Source of the DNA: an uncultured delta proteobacterium
Lineage (GTDB): Bacteria > Myxococcota > Myxococcia > Myxococcales > Myxococcaceae
Assembly: GCA_963776345.1 (NCBI GenBank)
Contig: CAVZMH010000017.1
Span: 64,001-128,000 of the forward strand
Length of the DNA: 64,000 nt
Reading direction: 5' to 3'
Shown here: one piece after another, positions 55,480 to 64,000 of the stretch
Position numbering within the stretch: the stretch's first letter is position 1
Layout of the letters: every line of letters begins with the position of its first letter
Program-made: the position numbers and the translations under genes
The notes under the pieces: model-generated
What the model saw: only the letters and a program-made list of their open reading frames with translations
What the model was told of the DNA's origin: nothing
The model's database searches: none

Positions 55480-56144
55480 ATGAGCCGCTCCCCAAGCAGA
55501 CTCAGGTGCTGGTGTACCAGGACGTCCTCTGCCCCTGGTCCTGGCTCGTCGAGGTGCGCCTGTCCCAGCTGCAGCGCGAGCTGGCCGACGTGCTGCGCTT
55601 CGTCCCCCGTCCCTATCCGCTGCGCCCGATGGAGTCTCTGCCGAGCGAGGAGGAGATCGCCCGTGCGGTGCGCGAGCTCGAGGCGGCGGGGAAGGAGCGC
55701 GAGGGGCTGCCGCTGCGCCCGGACCTGTGGACCTCGGGAGATCCGCCGCGCTCCAGCGTGGAGCCCCTCGCGGCGCTCGAGGCCGCGCGGCTGCAGGGGG
55801 AGGCGGCCCGGCTCGAGCTGCAGACGCGGCTGCGCCACGCGGCCCTGGAGCAGGGGCTGAACGTCACCCGGCCCGACGTGGTCTTCGAGCTCGCCGCGCG
55901 CTGTGGATTGCAGATGAACCGCTTCGCCGCGGCGTTCGGCTCGCCGCAGACCCGCCGGCTGATCCGCGAGGAGTACCGGCTGGCCCGCGACCGCGGCGTC
56001 CGGCGCGTGCCCACGGTGGTCATCGCCAACCGCTGGATGATGTCCGGGCTGCGGGAGACGAGCGAGTACCGGGATCACCTGCTCGCCTGCGTGGGCAAGC
56101 TCGAGCGGGCGCGGACGCCGGCGCTCGAGCGCCTGGTGCACTGA
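55480..56144 (+). CDS. DsbA/FrnE-like thioredoxin-fold protein; probable indel just after the ATG
   Basis: QDVLCPWS and GV..VPT; ATG 55480 is out of frame with the gene body by one base. Confidence 0.75.
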
Positions 56145-56479
56145 CCGGCGCCGACGGGCGACGGCCGTCACGCATCCGGGCCCAGGCGGGTGCGGATGTC
56201 TCCGCCTCCCGCTGCTGCTCGCGCACCGCCTCGACGCGTTCCTCACCGCTCGGCCGCGGCGCGGCGGGACGGGCCCTGCTCCTCTCGCGCGTCGGGGTCG
56301 CCGGCGGGTGTAGAAGGCGTGGACGGGCATCGCCGGGCGCTCGGCGCTGACCGGTCGCCCTGGAGAACGCCCACGGAGACGATTCGGTGGATCCAGCATC
56401 CCCAGAGAATCGTCCGCGCGAAGGCAATGCCCGAGCCGAGCGGGCCCGGGCAGGCGGAGGCTGAGATGGGCGACCGGCG

Positions 56480-58579
56480 GTGAGCGGGCTCGCCCTCGCG
56501 CTCGCGGCCCTGGTCCTCGCCGGCGCGCCCGACGCCGAGCCCGCGACGGGCCAGGCAGGAGGCGGGACTGCCGCCTCGCCGGAAGCGCCGCCGCCGCTCG
56601 CCGGAGAGACCGTGGTCACCGCCAGCCGCGCTCCCCGGCGGCGCAGCGAGGTCCCGGCGGACGTGACGGTGCTGGACCGGGCGGACCTCGAGCAGTCGGC
56701 CTCGCCGCTCCTCGACGACGTGCTCCGGCGCGTCCCGGACGTGGGCACGTTCCGCCGCTCCTCGAGCCGCGTCGCGGACCCCTCGAGCCAAGGGCTGAAC
56801 CTGCGCGGCGTGGGTCCCTCGGGCGTCTCGCGGGCACTGGTGCTGGTGGATGGTCTGCCGCTGAACGACCCGTTCGGCGGCTGGGTGTACTGGCAGTCCG
56901 TTCCCGGGCTGGCGATCGGCAGCGTGGAGATCGTCCCCGGAGGCACCTCGGCGCTCTACGGGTCCGCGGCGCTGGGCGGGGTCATCGACATCCGCTCCCG
57001 GCCGCTCGACTTGGCCGGCGTCGAGGCCGACGTGTTCGGGGACACGCTGCCCTCGCTGGGCATCGGCCTCCGCGGCGTGCAGCTCGCCGGGCCGGTGGCG
57101 GTCGAGCTGACGTCGGAGTTCCTGGGGAGCAACGGCTACAATGTCGTCGCCCCCGAGCAGCGCGGACCCATCGACGTCCCTGCCGGCAGCACCCACGTCT
57201 CGCTGCAGGGAAGGGTGCTGGCGGACCTCGGACCGCGCGCCCGGCTCGGGGCGAAGCTCGGCTTCTTCGACGAGCACCAGAACGGCGGGACGGAGTTCAC
57301 CACCGCGGCGGCGCAGGTCCGCTCGATCGCCGTGACCCTCGCCCTGGGCGCTCCCGAGGCGCCGGACGTCGAGCTGGCGATGTGGTTCCGGAACGAGGTG
57401 TTCCACCAGCAGCGGGCGCGCGTCGCTCCGGACCGGGTCTCCGAGACGCTCGCTGGCGAGCAGCGCGTCCCCGCGGACGACGAGGGCTTCTCGGTGCTCT
57501 GGCACGCGCCGCGCTGGGGCGTGCAGAGCATCGACATCGGGCTCGACCTGCACCGGGTCGCGGGGAGCGCGCAGGAGCGGCTCTTCCCGACGGCCGTCAC
57601 GACGACCACGACGCTGGAGCGCGTCGGCGGTGGGGACCAGGCATCCGCCGGAGTCTTCGTGCAGGACACGGTGCGTCTCGGGCCGGTGACGCTCGTCCCC
57701 GCGCTGCGGCTGGACCACTGGCACACCGAGAATGGTGAGCAACGCCTCACCACCCCCGGTGGGGAGACGGTCCAGACCTACGACTTCCGGCACGAGACGC
57801 AGCTCTCCCCGCGCCTCGGCGTGCTGTGGCAGGTGGTGGACGAGCTCGCCCTGCGCGGCTCGGTGAACCGTGCCTTCCGGGCGCCGACGCTCGGCGAGCT
57901 GTACCGCCCGTTCCAGGTCGGGACGGTGCTCACCGCGGCGAACCCCAATCTCGGGCCCGAGACGCTGCTCGGGGCGGAAGCGGGCGTGGAGTGGGTGCCG
58001 GGGCCGGTATTTCGCTCGCGCGCCACGGTGTTCTGGAACCGGCTCGACGACCCCATCGCCAACGTCACGCTCGCCACCCCGTTGCCCGGTGGAGCCGTGA
58101 AGCAACGCCAGAACCTCGGCTCGGCTCGGGTCCGGGGGCTGGAACTCGCCGTCGAGGCCCGGCCGGTCCGGGGCTGGGAGCTCCGAGCGGCGTACACCTT
58201 CGTGGATTCCCAGGTCCTCTCGGCCCCGGAGGCGACCGGCACCATCGGGAAGCGGCTGCCCCAGGACCCCGTGCACCGGGTCTCGGGGGCGATCGAGGCC
58301 CGGCCCGCGCCTGGCTGGACCGCACGGGTGGAGGGCATCGCCGCGTTCGTCCAGTACGAGGACGACCTGAACACCCTGCCCCTCGGCACCCAGTTCCGGC
58401 TGGACGCGTACCTCGCCCGGGCCATCGGGCGGGCGGTGGAGGTCTACGCCGCGGTGGAGAACGTGCTCGACCGGCGGGACCTGGTGGGCCGGGCGGGAGT
58501 GAACACCCTCTCCGGTCCGTTCACGGTGCGGGTGGGGATCCGACTCCGCCAGTGGGAAGCGCCGGACACCTCGCGCTGA
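56480..58579 (+). CDS. TonB-dependent outer-membrane receptor
   Basis: Signal peptide; TonB box ETVVTA; plug LRG.G..G.SRALVLVDGLPLND; FRAPTLGELY; VENVLD. Confidence 0.92.
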   Translation: MSGLALALAALVLAGAPDAEPATGQAGGGTAASPEAPPPLAGETVVTASRAPRRRSEVPADVTVLDRADLEQSASPLLDDVLRRVPDVGTFRRSSSRVADPSSQGLNLRGVGPSGVSRALVLVDGLPLNDPFGGWVYWQSVPGLAIGSVEIVPGGTSALYGSAALGGVIDIRSRPLDLAGVEADVFGDTLPSLGIGLRGVQLAGPVAVELTSEFLGSNGYNVVAPEQRGPIDVPAGSTHVSLQGRVLADLGPRARLGAKLGFFDEHQNGGTEFTTAAAQVRSIAVTLALGAPEAPDVELAMWFRNEVFHQQRARVAPDRVSETLAGEQRVPADDEGFSVLWHAPRWGVQSIDIGLDLHRVAGSAQERLFPTAVTTTTTLERVGGGDQASAGVFVQDTVRLGPVTLVPALRLDHWHTENGEQRLTTPGGETVQTYDFRHETQLSPRLGVLWQVVDELALRGSVNRAFRAPTLGELYRPFQVGTVLTAANPNLGPETLLGAEAGVEWVPGPVFRSRATVFWNRLDDPIANVTLATPLPGGAVKQRQNLGSARVRGLELAVEARPVRGWELRAAYTFVDSQVLSAPEATGTIGKRLPQDPVHRVSGAIEARPAPGWTARVEGIAAFVQYEDDLNTLPLGTQFRLDAYLARAIGRAVEVYAAVENVLDRRDLVGRAGVNTLSGPFTVRVGIRLRQWEAPDTSR

Positions 58580-58629
58580 ACGCCGGAGGGCTGGCGGCCG
58601 GACGGGCCGATGTTATTACTTGGGACCCC

Positions 58630-59163
58630 ATGGAGATTTCCTCGTCGTCCGCCGGAACCCTCCGGGCGCTGAGGCAGCTGGTCCGCGCCCTCCGGCTCGC
58701 CGACCGCGCCGCCGAGTTGCGTCTGGGCCTCAGCGCTGCCCAGCTCTTCGTTCTCGAGCGCCTCGCCGAGGGACCGGTCGGCTCGATGGCCGAGCTGGCC
58801 GGACGGACCCTGACCGACGCGAGCTCGGTGTCGGTGGTGGTGCAGCGGCTCGTCGAGCGGGGGCTGGTGGTGCGGGCCACCGCGCAGGACGACGCGCGGC
58901 GGACGACCCTCCGCCTCTCGGCCTCGGGCAAGCGGCTCCTCGGCACCGCTCCCCGGTCTCCCACCGCGGACCTCCTCGAATCACTGGAGCACCTGAGCGC
59001 CTCGGAGCGGACGGACCTCGAACGGTTGCTCGAGCGGGTGGTCCGGGGGATGGGCATCGACGACAGCGGACCCACCCCCATGTTCTTCGAGGGTGAGCCT
59101 CGTCCCGGACGGCGCCGGCGGCGCGCCCACGCTCCGGGAGCACGGGCCCGCGGCCGTGGCTGA
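58630..59163 (+). CDS. MarR-family transcriptional regulator
   Basis: LSAAQLFVL, SVSVVVQRLVERGLV, DARR..LRLS..G. Confidence 0.9.
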   Translation: MEISSSSAGTLRALRQLVRALRLADRAAELRLGLSAAQLFVLERLAEGPVGSMAELAGRTLTDASSVSVVVQRLVERGLVVRATAQDDARRTTLRLSASGKRLLGTAPRSPTADLLESLEHLSASERTDLERLLERVVRGMGIDDSGPTPMFFEGEPRPGRRRRRAHAPGARARGRG

Positions 59164-60979
59164 CAAGGCCGCGCGGACCGCGTCCACGACCGAGGGGCTT
59201 CCCGTCGCGCCGGCGCTGGGACCGGGGCTGGCCGCGGCCCACATCGCGCCGCACGCGGCGAACGTCACGCGGCGGACTGCCTGGGTCTGTGCGCTGGCCA
59301 TCGGCGTGGCGTTGCTCGCGGCGGGGGTGGCGCAGGCGCTCCAGCGGCTCATCGCGCTGGTGACCAACCTCGCCTTCCGGGGGACGGTCTCGCTCGAGAC
59401 GCTCGGACCGACCACGGCGCACCTCGGGGCTTGGGTGGTGCTGGTGCCTCCCCTCGGGGGGCTCGTCGTCGGGGTCATGGCCCGCTACGGCTCGCGAGCC
59501 ATCCGGGGGCACGGGATCCCCGAGGCCATGGAGCAGATCCTGGCGAACGAGAGTCGCATCCCGGTGCGGCTGACGTTCCTCAAGCCTCTGTCCGCCGCGG
59601 TGGCCATCGGCACCGGCGGACCGTTCGGCGCCGAGGGGCCGATCATCGCCACCGGGGGCGCGCTCGGCTCGGTGCTCGGCCAGCTGCTCCCGGTGACCGC
59701 AGCCGAGCGGAAGACGCTCCTCGCCGCCGGCGCGGCCGCGGGCATGGCGGCGACGTTCGGGAGCCCGGTCTCGGCGGTGCTCCTGGCCATCGAGCTGCTG
59801 CTCTTCGAGTTCCGCCCGCGCTCGCTCATCCCGGTGTCGCTCGCCGCGGCCACGGCGACCGGGGTGCGCTTCTCGTGGGCGGGCAGCGCTCCGGCGTTCC
59901 ACAGCGTCAGCTTCGCCGAGCCGAGCGGCACCGCCCTGGTGCTCTACGTGCTTCTCGGCGCCCTGGTGGGCGTGGTCTCGGTGGTGGTGACGCGGGCGGT
60001 GTACCGCATCGAGGACGCGTTCGAGCGCCTGCCGATCCACTGGATGTGGTGGCCGGCGCTCGGGGCCATCCCGGTGGGCATCATCGGGTACTTCGCGCCG
60101 AGGACGCTGGGCGTCGGCTACGACAACATCGACGCGGTGCTCACCGGCGCGCTGGCGACGGGGCCGCTGCTCGCGCTGTGCATCCTGAAGTTCGCCAGCT
60201 GGTCCATCGCGCTGGGGAGCGGCACCTCGGGCGGGACGCTCGCCCCGCTGTTCACCATCGGTGGGGCGCTGGGCGCGTTCCTCGGGACGGGGCTGACGGT
60301 GCTCCTCCCGCGCGCTGGCGTCGATCCGCGGCTCGCGGCGCTGGTGGGGATGGCGGCGATGTTCGCCGGAGCCTCGCGGGCGCTGCTCGCCTCGGTGGTC
60401 TTCGCCTTCGAGACGACGCGGCAGCCGCTCGGGCTCCTCCCGCTCCTCGGCGGCTGCAGCGTGGCCTGGCTGGTCTCGGCGGCGCTGATGAAGCACAGCA
60501 TCATGACCGAGCGCATCGCCCGGCGCGGGCGGGTGGTGCCGGCAGAGTACGCCGCGGACTGGCTCGCCCAGTGGCGGGCCGCCGAGTTCTCCAGCCGGCC
60601 GGTGGTCACGCTCGGCGCCTCGGAGACGGTGGGCGAGGCGCTGCGGCGGCTCTCGGACGTCCGGCACCAGGGGTTCCCGGTGGTGGACGGGAAGCGGGGC
60701 GTGCTCGGGGTGGTGATGCGCCGGGAGCTGGTCGGCGCCTCGCCGGGGCGCCGCATCGAGGAGCTGGTGGAGCGGCCCGCGGTCACGGTGCGGGCCTCTG
60801 ACACGCTCCGGCACGCAGCGGACGTGATGGCGCACGCCGGCGTGGGTCGGCTCCCGGTGCTCTCGGACGGGCCCGAGCCGGTGCTGGTCGGGATGCTCAC
60901 CCGGAGCGACCTGGTCGGCGCGCACCGGCCACGCCTCAGGGCGGAGCGCGTCGCCGCACGCGTGCTCGCCAGAGGATGA
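59156..60979 (+). CDS. CLC-family anion channel/transporter with two CBS domains
   Basis: GHGIPE, GGPFGAEGP, GTSGGTLAP; CBS motifs GFPVVD and GRLPV; alternative start at 59093. Confidence 0.92.
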   Translation: MADKAARTASTTEGLPVAPALGPGLAAAHIAPHAANVTRRTAWVCALAIGVALLAAGVAQALQRLIALVTNLAFRGTVSLETLGPTTAHLGAWVVLVPPLGGLVVGVMARYGSRAIRGHGIPEAMEQILANESRIPVRLTFLKPLSAAVAIGTGGPFGAEGPIIATGGALGSVLGQLLPVTAAERKTLLAAGAAAGMAATFGSPVSAVLLAIELLLFEFRPRSLIPVSLAAATATGVRFSWAGSAPAFHSVSFAEPSGTALVLYVLLGALVGVVSVVVTRAVYRIEDAFERLPIHWMWWPALGAIPVGIIGYFAPRTLGVGYDNIDAVLTGALATGPLLALCILKFASWSIALGSGTSGGTLAPLFTIGGALGAFLGTGLTVLLPRAGVDPRLAALVGMAAMFAGASRALLASVVFAFETTRQPLGLLPLLGGCSVAWLVSAALMKHSIMTERIARRGRVVPAEYAADWLAQWRAAEFSSRPVVTLGASETVGEALRRLSDVRHQGFPVVDGKRGVLGVVMRRELVGASPGRRIEELVERPAVTVRASDTLRHAADVMAHAGVGRLPVLSDGPEPVLVGMLTRSDLVGAHRPRLRAERVAARVLARG

Positions 60980-62297
60980 CGAAGGCGAGCGACGGAGCGG
61001 CCACGGCGACGAGGGAGACCAGCGCATCCTCGACGCTGCGGAGCCGGGGGAGGTTCCAGGCGAGGACCTCGCCCAGGGTCAGCGCCGCGTCCGCCCCGAC
61101 CGCGGCGACGACCAGGCGCGAGAGCCGGTCGCTCCAGCGCACCGCGAGCCGGAACAGCGACGCGGCGAGCACCACGTCGAACGCCACCCAGGCCCACCGG
61201 ACCCACGGCGCGGGGAAGTGCCACGGTCCGGCGACCGCGAGGAGCGCGATCCAGGGGACGAGCAGCGCCGCGAGGAGCCGCACGACGATGGTGGGCCCGC
61301 GGAGCAGCGTCCGGAGCCCGAAGCTGAGGAGGTGGTCGCGAGCGAAGGCCTCGAGCACGTCGAGGAGCGTCCGGACCGCGCCCTGGTCGGGTGGGTAGAC
61401 GAGGTGGCTCGGGCGCCAGCGGGTGGGCCGGAGCCGGGCCTTGAACGCCCGCAGGCCCTCGAAATCGAAGAGCACCGAACCCGCCGAGCGCGCCAGCCGC
61501 AGCGCCGGCACGACCTGACCGGCGAGCGGCGCGAGGCCGAGGGTCACCATCGACGAGCGGTCGCCCCCAGCCTCGGCCTCGCGCATCGCGTGGTCGACCA
61601 GCAGCTCGGCCGTTCCGTTCGGAGCGTCCGGACCACGGATGAGGTTCTGCAGGAGCCATCCGGGCCGGGCGAAGATCGGCGCGGCGGTGAGGAAGGCGAG
61701 GAGACGTCCGTCCTGCTCAGCGAGGTGGACGCGGTGCTCCTCGAGCAAAGTCAGCGGGTCCACCTGGACCAGGAAGCCCATCGGGGCCATCTCGTGCCGC
61801 CGCAGCCAGGCGGAGACGAGGCTCTCGAGCTGCCTGCGCAGCGGGGACGAGGTGGAGGCGATCTCGGACGGGTCGGCAGTCCGGACCGTGACGCCCTTCG
61901 CCCTCGCCCGTCGGAGCTGCTCGCGAAGGCCGCTGCTGGCACGGAGCGCCGCCGGCCAGAGGTCGGCGTCCCACTCGGGCTGCTCCCCGATGAGGAGCGC
62001 GGACCAGGGGAGCGCCTCGACCATCCGCTCCTCCACCCCGAAGAAGGCGAGCCGTCGTCCGGCGCTCGACGCGTGCCGGCGGAAGCGCTCGGCCACCTCG
62101 CCGAGGCGCTCCGGGGCGGTCAGGGGGGCACCGGCGGCCACCCAGGCTCTTCCGGTGTCGACGTAGGCCACGCAGGCGTCCTCGTCGGCGAACCAGTAGT
62201 GGAACCCGGGCTCGAGCACCTGGAACGAGGTCGCGTTCCATCCGTGGCGGCGGAGGACGGCGAGGACCCGCCGGCGCTCGGCGTCGAGCTGGGACAT
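60936..62297 (-). CDS. MprF-like aminoacyl-transferase domain (DUF2156) protein with C-terminal TM helices
   Basis: WVAAGAP, LREQLRRA..KGV, APNGTAELL, TLGLAPL, FDFEGLRAFK. Confidence 0.82.
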   Translation of the reverse strand: MSQLDAERRRVLAVLRRHGWNATSFQVLEPGFHYWFADEDACVAYVDTGRAWVAAGAPLTAPERLGEVAERFRRHASSAGRRLAFFGVEERMVEALPWSALLIGEQPEWDADLWPAALRASSGLREQLRRARAKGVTVRTADPSEIASTSSPLRRQLESLVSAWLRRHEMAPMGFLVQVDPLTLLEEHRVHLAEQDGRLLAFLTAAPIFARPGWLLQNLIRGPDAPNGTAELLVDHAMREAEAGGDRSSMVTLGLAPLAGQVVPALRLARSAGSVLFDFEGLRAFKARLRPTRWRPSHLVYPPDQGAVRTLLDVLEAFARDHLLSFGLRTLLRGPTIVVRLLAALLVPWIALLAVAGPWHFPAPWVRWAWVAFDVVLAASLFRLAVRWSDRLSRLVVAAVGADAALTLGEVLAWNLPRLRSVEDALVSLVAVAAPSLAFVILWRARVRRRAPP

Positions 62298-62470
62298 GCG
62301 TCGGCCGGATGTGCGCCAATCGGACCCGCTGCGCAAGCGCCGTCAAAGGGCTCGCGCCGGATCGCGACACGCGAGCGCCGACGTCGGGATCCCGGCAGGC
62401 GGAACGAAGTTCGAGACGCTCAGCGCTTGGGCGAGCGCGGCGCGTCTGCCCTAGGGTGCGGCCCCCGCCC

Positions 62471-63265
62471 ATGCGCCTGTTCGCCATCGGAGACACGCAC
62501 CTCCCGTCCACCCGCGGCAAGACGATGGACCGCTTCGGCTGGAACGGCCATCCGGCACCGCTCGCCGAGGCCTGGGACCGGATGGTCACCCCGGAGGACG
62601 GGGTCATCGTCGCCGGGGACATCTCCTGGGCCACGAAGCCGGCCGAGGCCGCGGACGACCTGGCGTGGCTCGACGCGCGGCCGGGGAAGAAGGTGCTCCT
62701 CCGCGGCAACCACGACTTCTGGTGGGGCGACTCGGCGACCAAGCTCCGGAGAGTCCTCGAGCCGTACCGGACCATCGTCGGGTTCCTGCAGAACTCGGCG
62801 GTGACGCTCGGTCCATATCTCATCGCCGGTTCGCGGCTGTGGTCCGCGCCCGAGGCCCCACCCATGCCCGGCGGCGAGCTGGGCGACGAGCCGTCGGACG
62901 CCCATCTCGTCGAGCGCGAGGCACGCCGGCTGGGCCTGTCCATCGAGGATGCGCGGAAGGCGCTGCGAGCCACCCCGGGGCTCACCCGGGTGATCGCGGT
63001 GCACTTCCCGCCGCTCTACGCGAACGTGAAGCCCACCGTGTTCTCCGCCCTCATCGAGGCGTTCCAGCCGGTGGTCTGCGTGTACGGCCACCTCCACGGC
63101 GCCGAGGGCATCGCCGCCGGGTTCCAGGGCGAGCACGGCGGAGTCCGGTACGTGCTCGCCTCGTGCGACGCCGCGGGGTTCCGGCCGGTCCTCCTCCTCG
63201 ACGGCCCCAGAAACACCGCTTCGCTCGCCGGCGTTGCCGAGGCCGGCGGCTCTCCCGTAGCTTGA
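62471..63265 (+). CDS. Calcineurin-like metallophosphoesterase
   Basis: GDTHL, GDISWA, RGNHD.WW, HFPP, YGHLHG. Confidence 0.9.
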   Translation: MRLFAIGDTHLPSTRGKTMDRFGWNGHPAPLAEAWDRMVTPEDGVIVAGDISWATKPAEAADDLAWLDARPGKKVLLRGNHDFWWGDSATKLRRVLEPYRTIVGFLQNSAVTLGPYLIAGSRLWSAPEAPPMPGGELGDEPSDAHLVEREARRLGLSIEDARKALRATPGLTRVIAVHFPPLYANVKPTVFSALIEAFQPVVCVYGHLHGAEGIAAGFQGEHGGVRYVLASCDAAGFRPVLLLDGPRNTASLAGVAEAGGSPVA

Positions 63266-63282
63266 TTCGCGAGTCGGGCACC

Positions 63283-64000
63283 ATGAACCCGGTCATCACC
63301 AGCCTGCTCGTCTTCGTCGGGCTCTCCGTCTTCGTCTACGTCGTTTACGGCCGCGCCTCGGTCCTCCTGGCCATGAAGGGGGAGAACCGGCTCGACCGCG
63401 TGAGCGAGCGCACGCGCGCGCTGCTCCGCTTCGGGCTCGGGCAGCGGCGCATGGTGGACCCCGAGGAGCGAACCCCCGGCGTGGCGCACGTCCTCATCTT
63501 CGTGGCCTTCCTGGTGCTGGCGCTGCGCACCGTGATGCTGTTCGCGATGGGGTTCTCGGAGACGCTGCTCGAGGTCCTCTCCACCGGCACCGACCCCTTC
63601 TGGAGCGAGCACCCCGCGGCGGCGGCGCTCTTCGACCTCTACCTCCTGGCCAAGGACCTGGTGGCGCTCGGTGCGCTCGCCGGCGTGAGCTACTTCGTCT
63701 GGCTCCGGGCGAAGGTGAAGCCGGCCCGGCTCACCCGCTCGTGGGAGGCGTACCTCATCCTCGGCTTCATCGCCGGGCTCATGGTCAGCGAGTACGTCTT
63801 CGGCGCCTCGCGCATGGTGCTGCAGGGCGAGGGCACGACGCCGTGGGAGCCGGTCACCTCGGCGGTGGCGATGCTGCTCTCACCGCTGCCGAGGGGCGTG
63901 GTGTGGGCGCTCGGTGGAGCGATGTTCTGGGTCCACCTGACCATCATCCTCTCGTTCCTCAACTTCCTCCCGCTGGGGAAGCACTTCCACGTCATCACCG
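63283..64000 (+). CDS. FadF-like membrane Fe-S oxidoreductase, N-terminal part; runs off the window edge
   Basis: Manual translation: GLGQRRM..., G.AH..IF..F, FWVH...FLNFLPLGKHFHVIT. Confidence 0.8.
   Translation, partial: MNPVITSLLVFVGLSVFVYVVYGRASVLLAMKGENRLDRVSERTRALLRFGLGQRRMVDPEERTPGVAHVLIFVAFLVLALRTVMLFAMGFSETLLEVLSTGTDPFWSEHPAAAALFDLYLLAKDLVALGALAGVSYFVWLRAKVKPARLTRSWEAYLILGFIAGLMVSEYVFGASRMVLQGEGTTPWEPVTSAVAMLLSPLPRGVVWALGGAMFWVHLTIILSFLNFLPLGKHFHVIT

Noticed and set aside
56455..56480. GGCTGAGA suggesting a TPP riboswitch before the TonB receptor
   Set aside because: The downstream ACCC…ACCTGAT…GCGNAGG core is absent; no cobalamin-box motifs were seen either.
59156..60979. Fluoride exporter CLC-F
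   Set aside because: It lacks the GNNLI/GMGLI, GREGT and GEVTP signatures, and no fluoride riboswitch is visible upstream.

Overview
Very GC-rich chromosomal DNA from a myxobacterium (Myxococcales/Anaeromyxobacter-like), identified by the pomY-pomZ-pomX cell-division cluster, a stand-alone Fo ATP-synthase operon and several myxobacterium-type hypothetical genes. It is mostly housekeeping and envelope biology: rapA-like helicase (partial), hppA, rnz, ettA, queE, three parvulin/SurA chaperones plus pdxA, ychF, atpZ/I/B/E/F, hemL, lgt-lspA-ileS, rimK-like ligase, TonB receptor-MarR-CLC, an MprF-like protein and a FadF-like protein (partial). I saw no tRNA, rRNA, CRISPR array, prophage or transposase. 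The non-coding signals are a dispersed REP-like palindrome family, a ~130-bp MITE-like inverted repeat with a central IHF consensus, and three structured 5' leaders. The best candidates for uncharacterised systems are the CHASE2 cyclase-SH3-M48 lipoprotein operon, a riboswitch-like leader on a divergent pyrophosphatase, and the TonB receptor-MarR-CLC module with an altered anion filter. Several single-base frameshifts (including in pdxA) suggest indel errors in the consensus, so pseudogene calls need read support. All family assignments come from motif recognition, not database searches.
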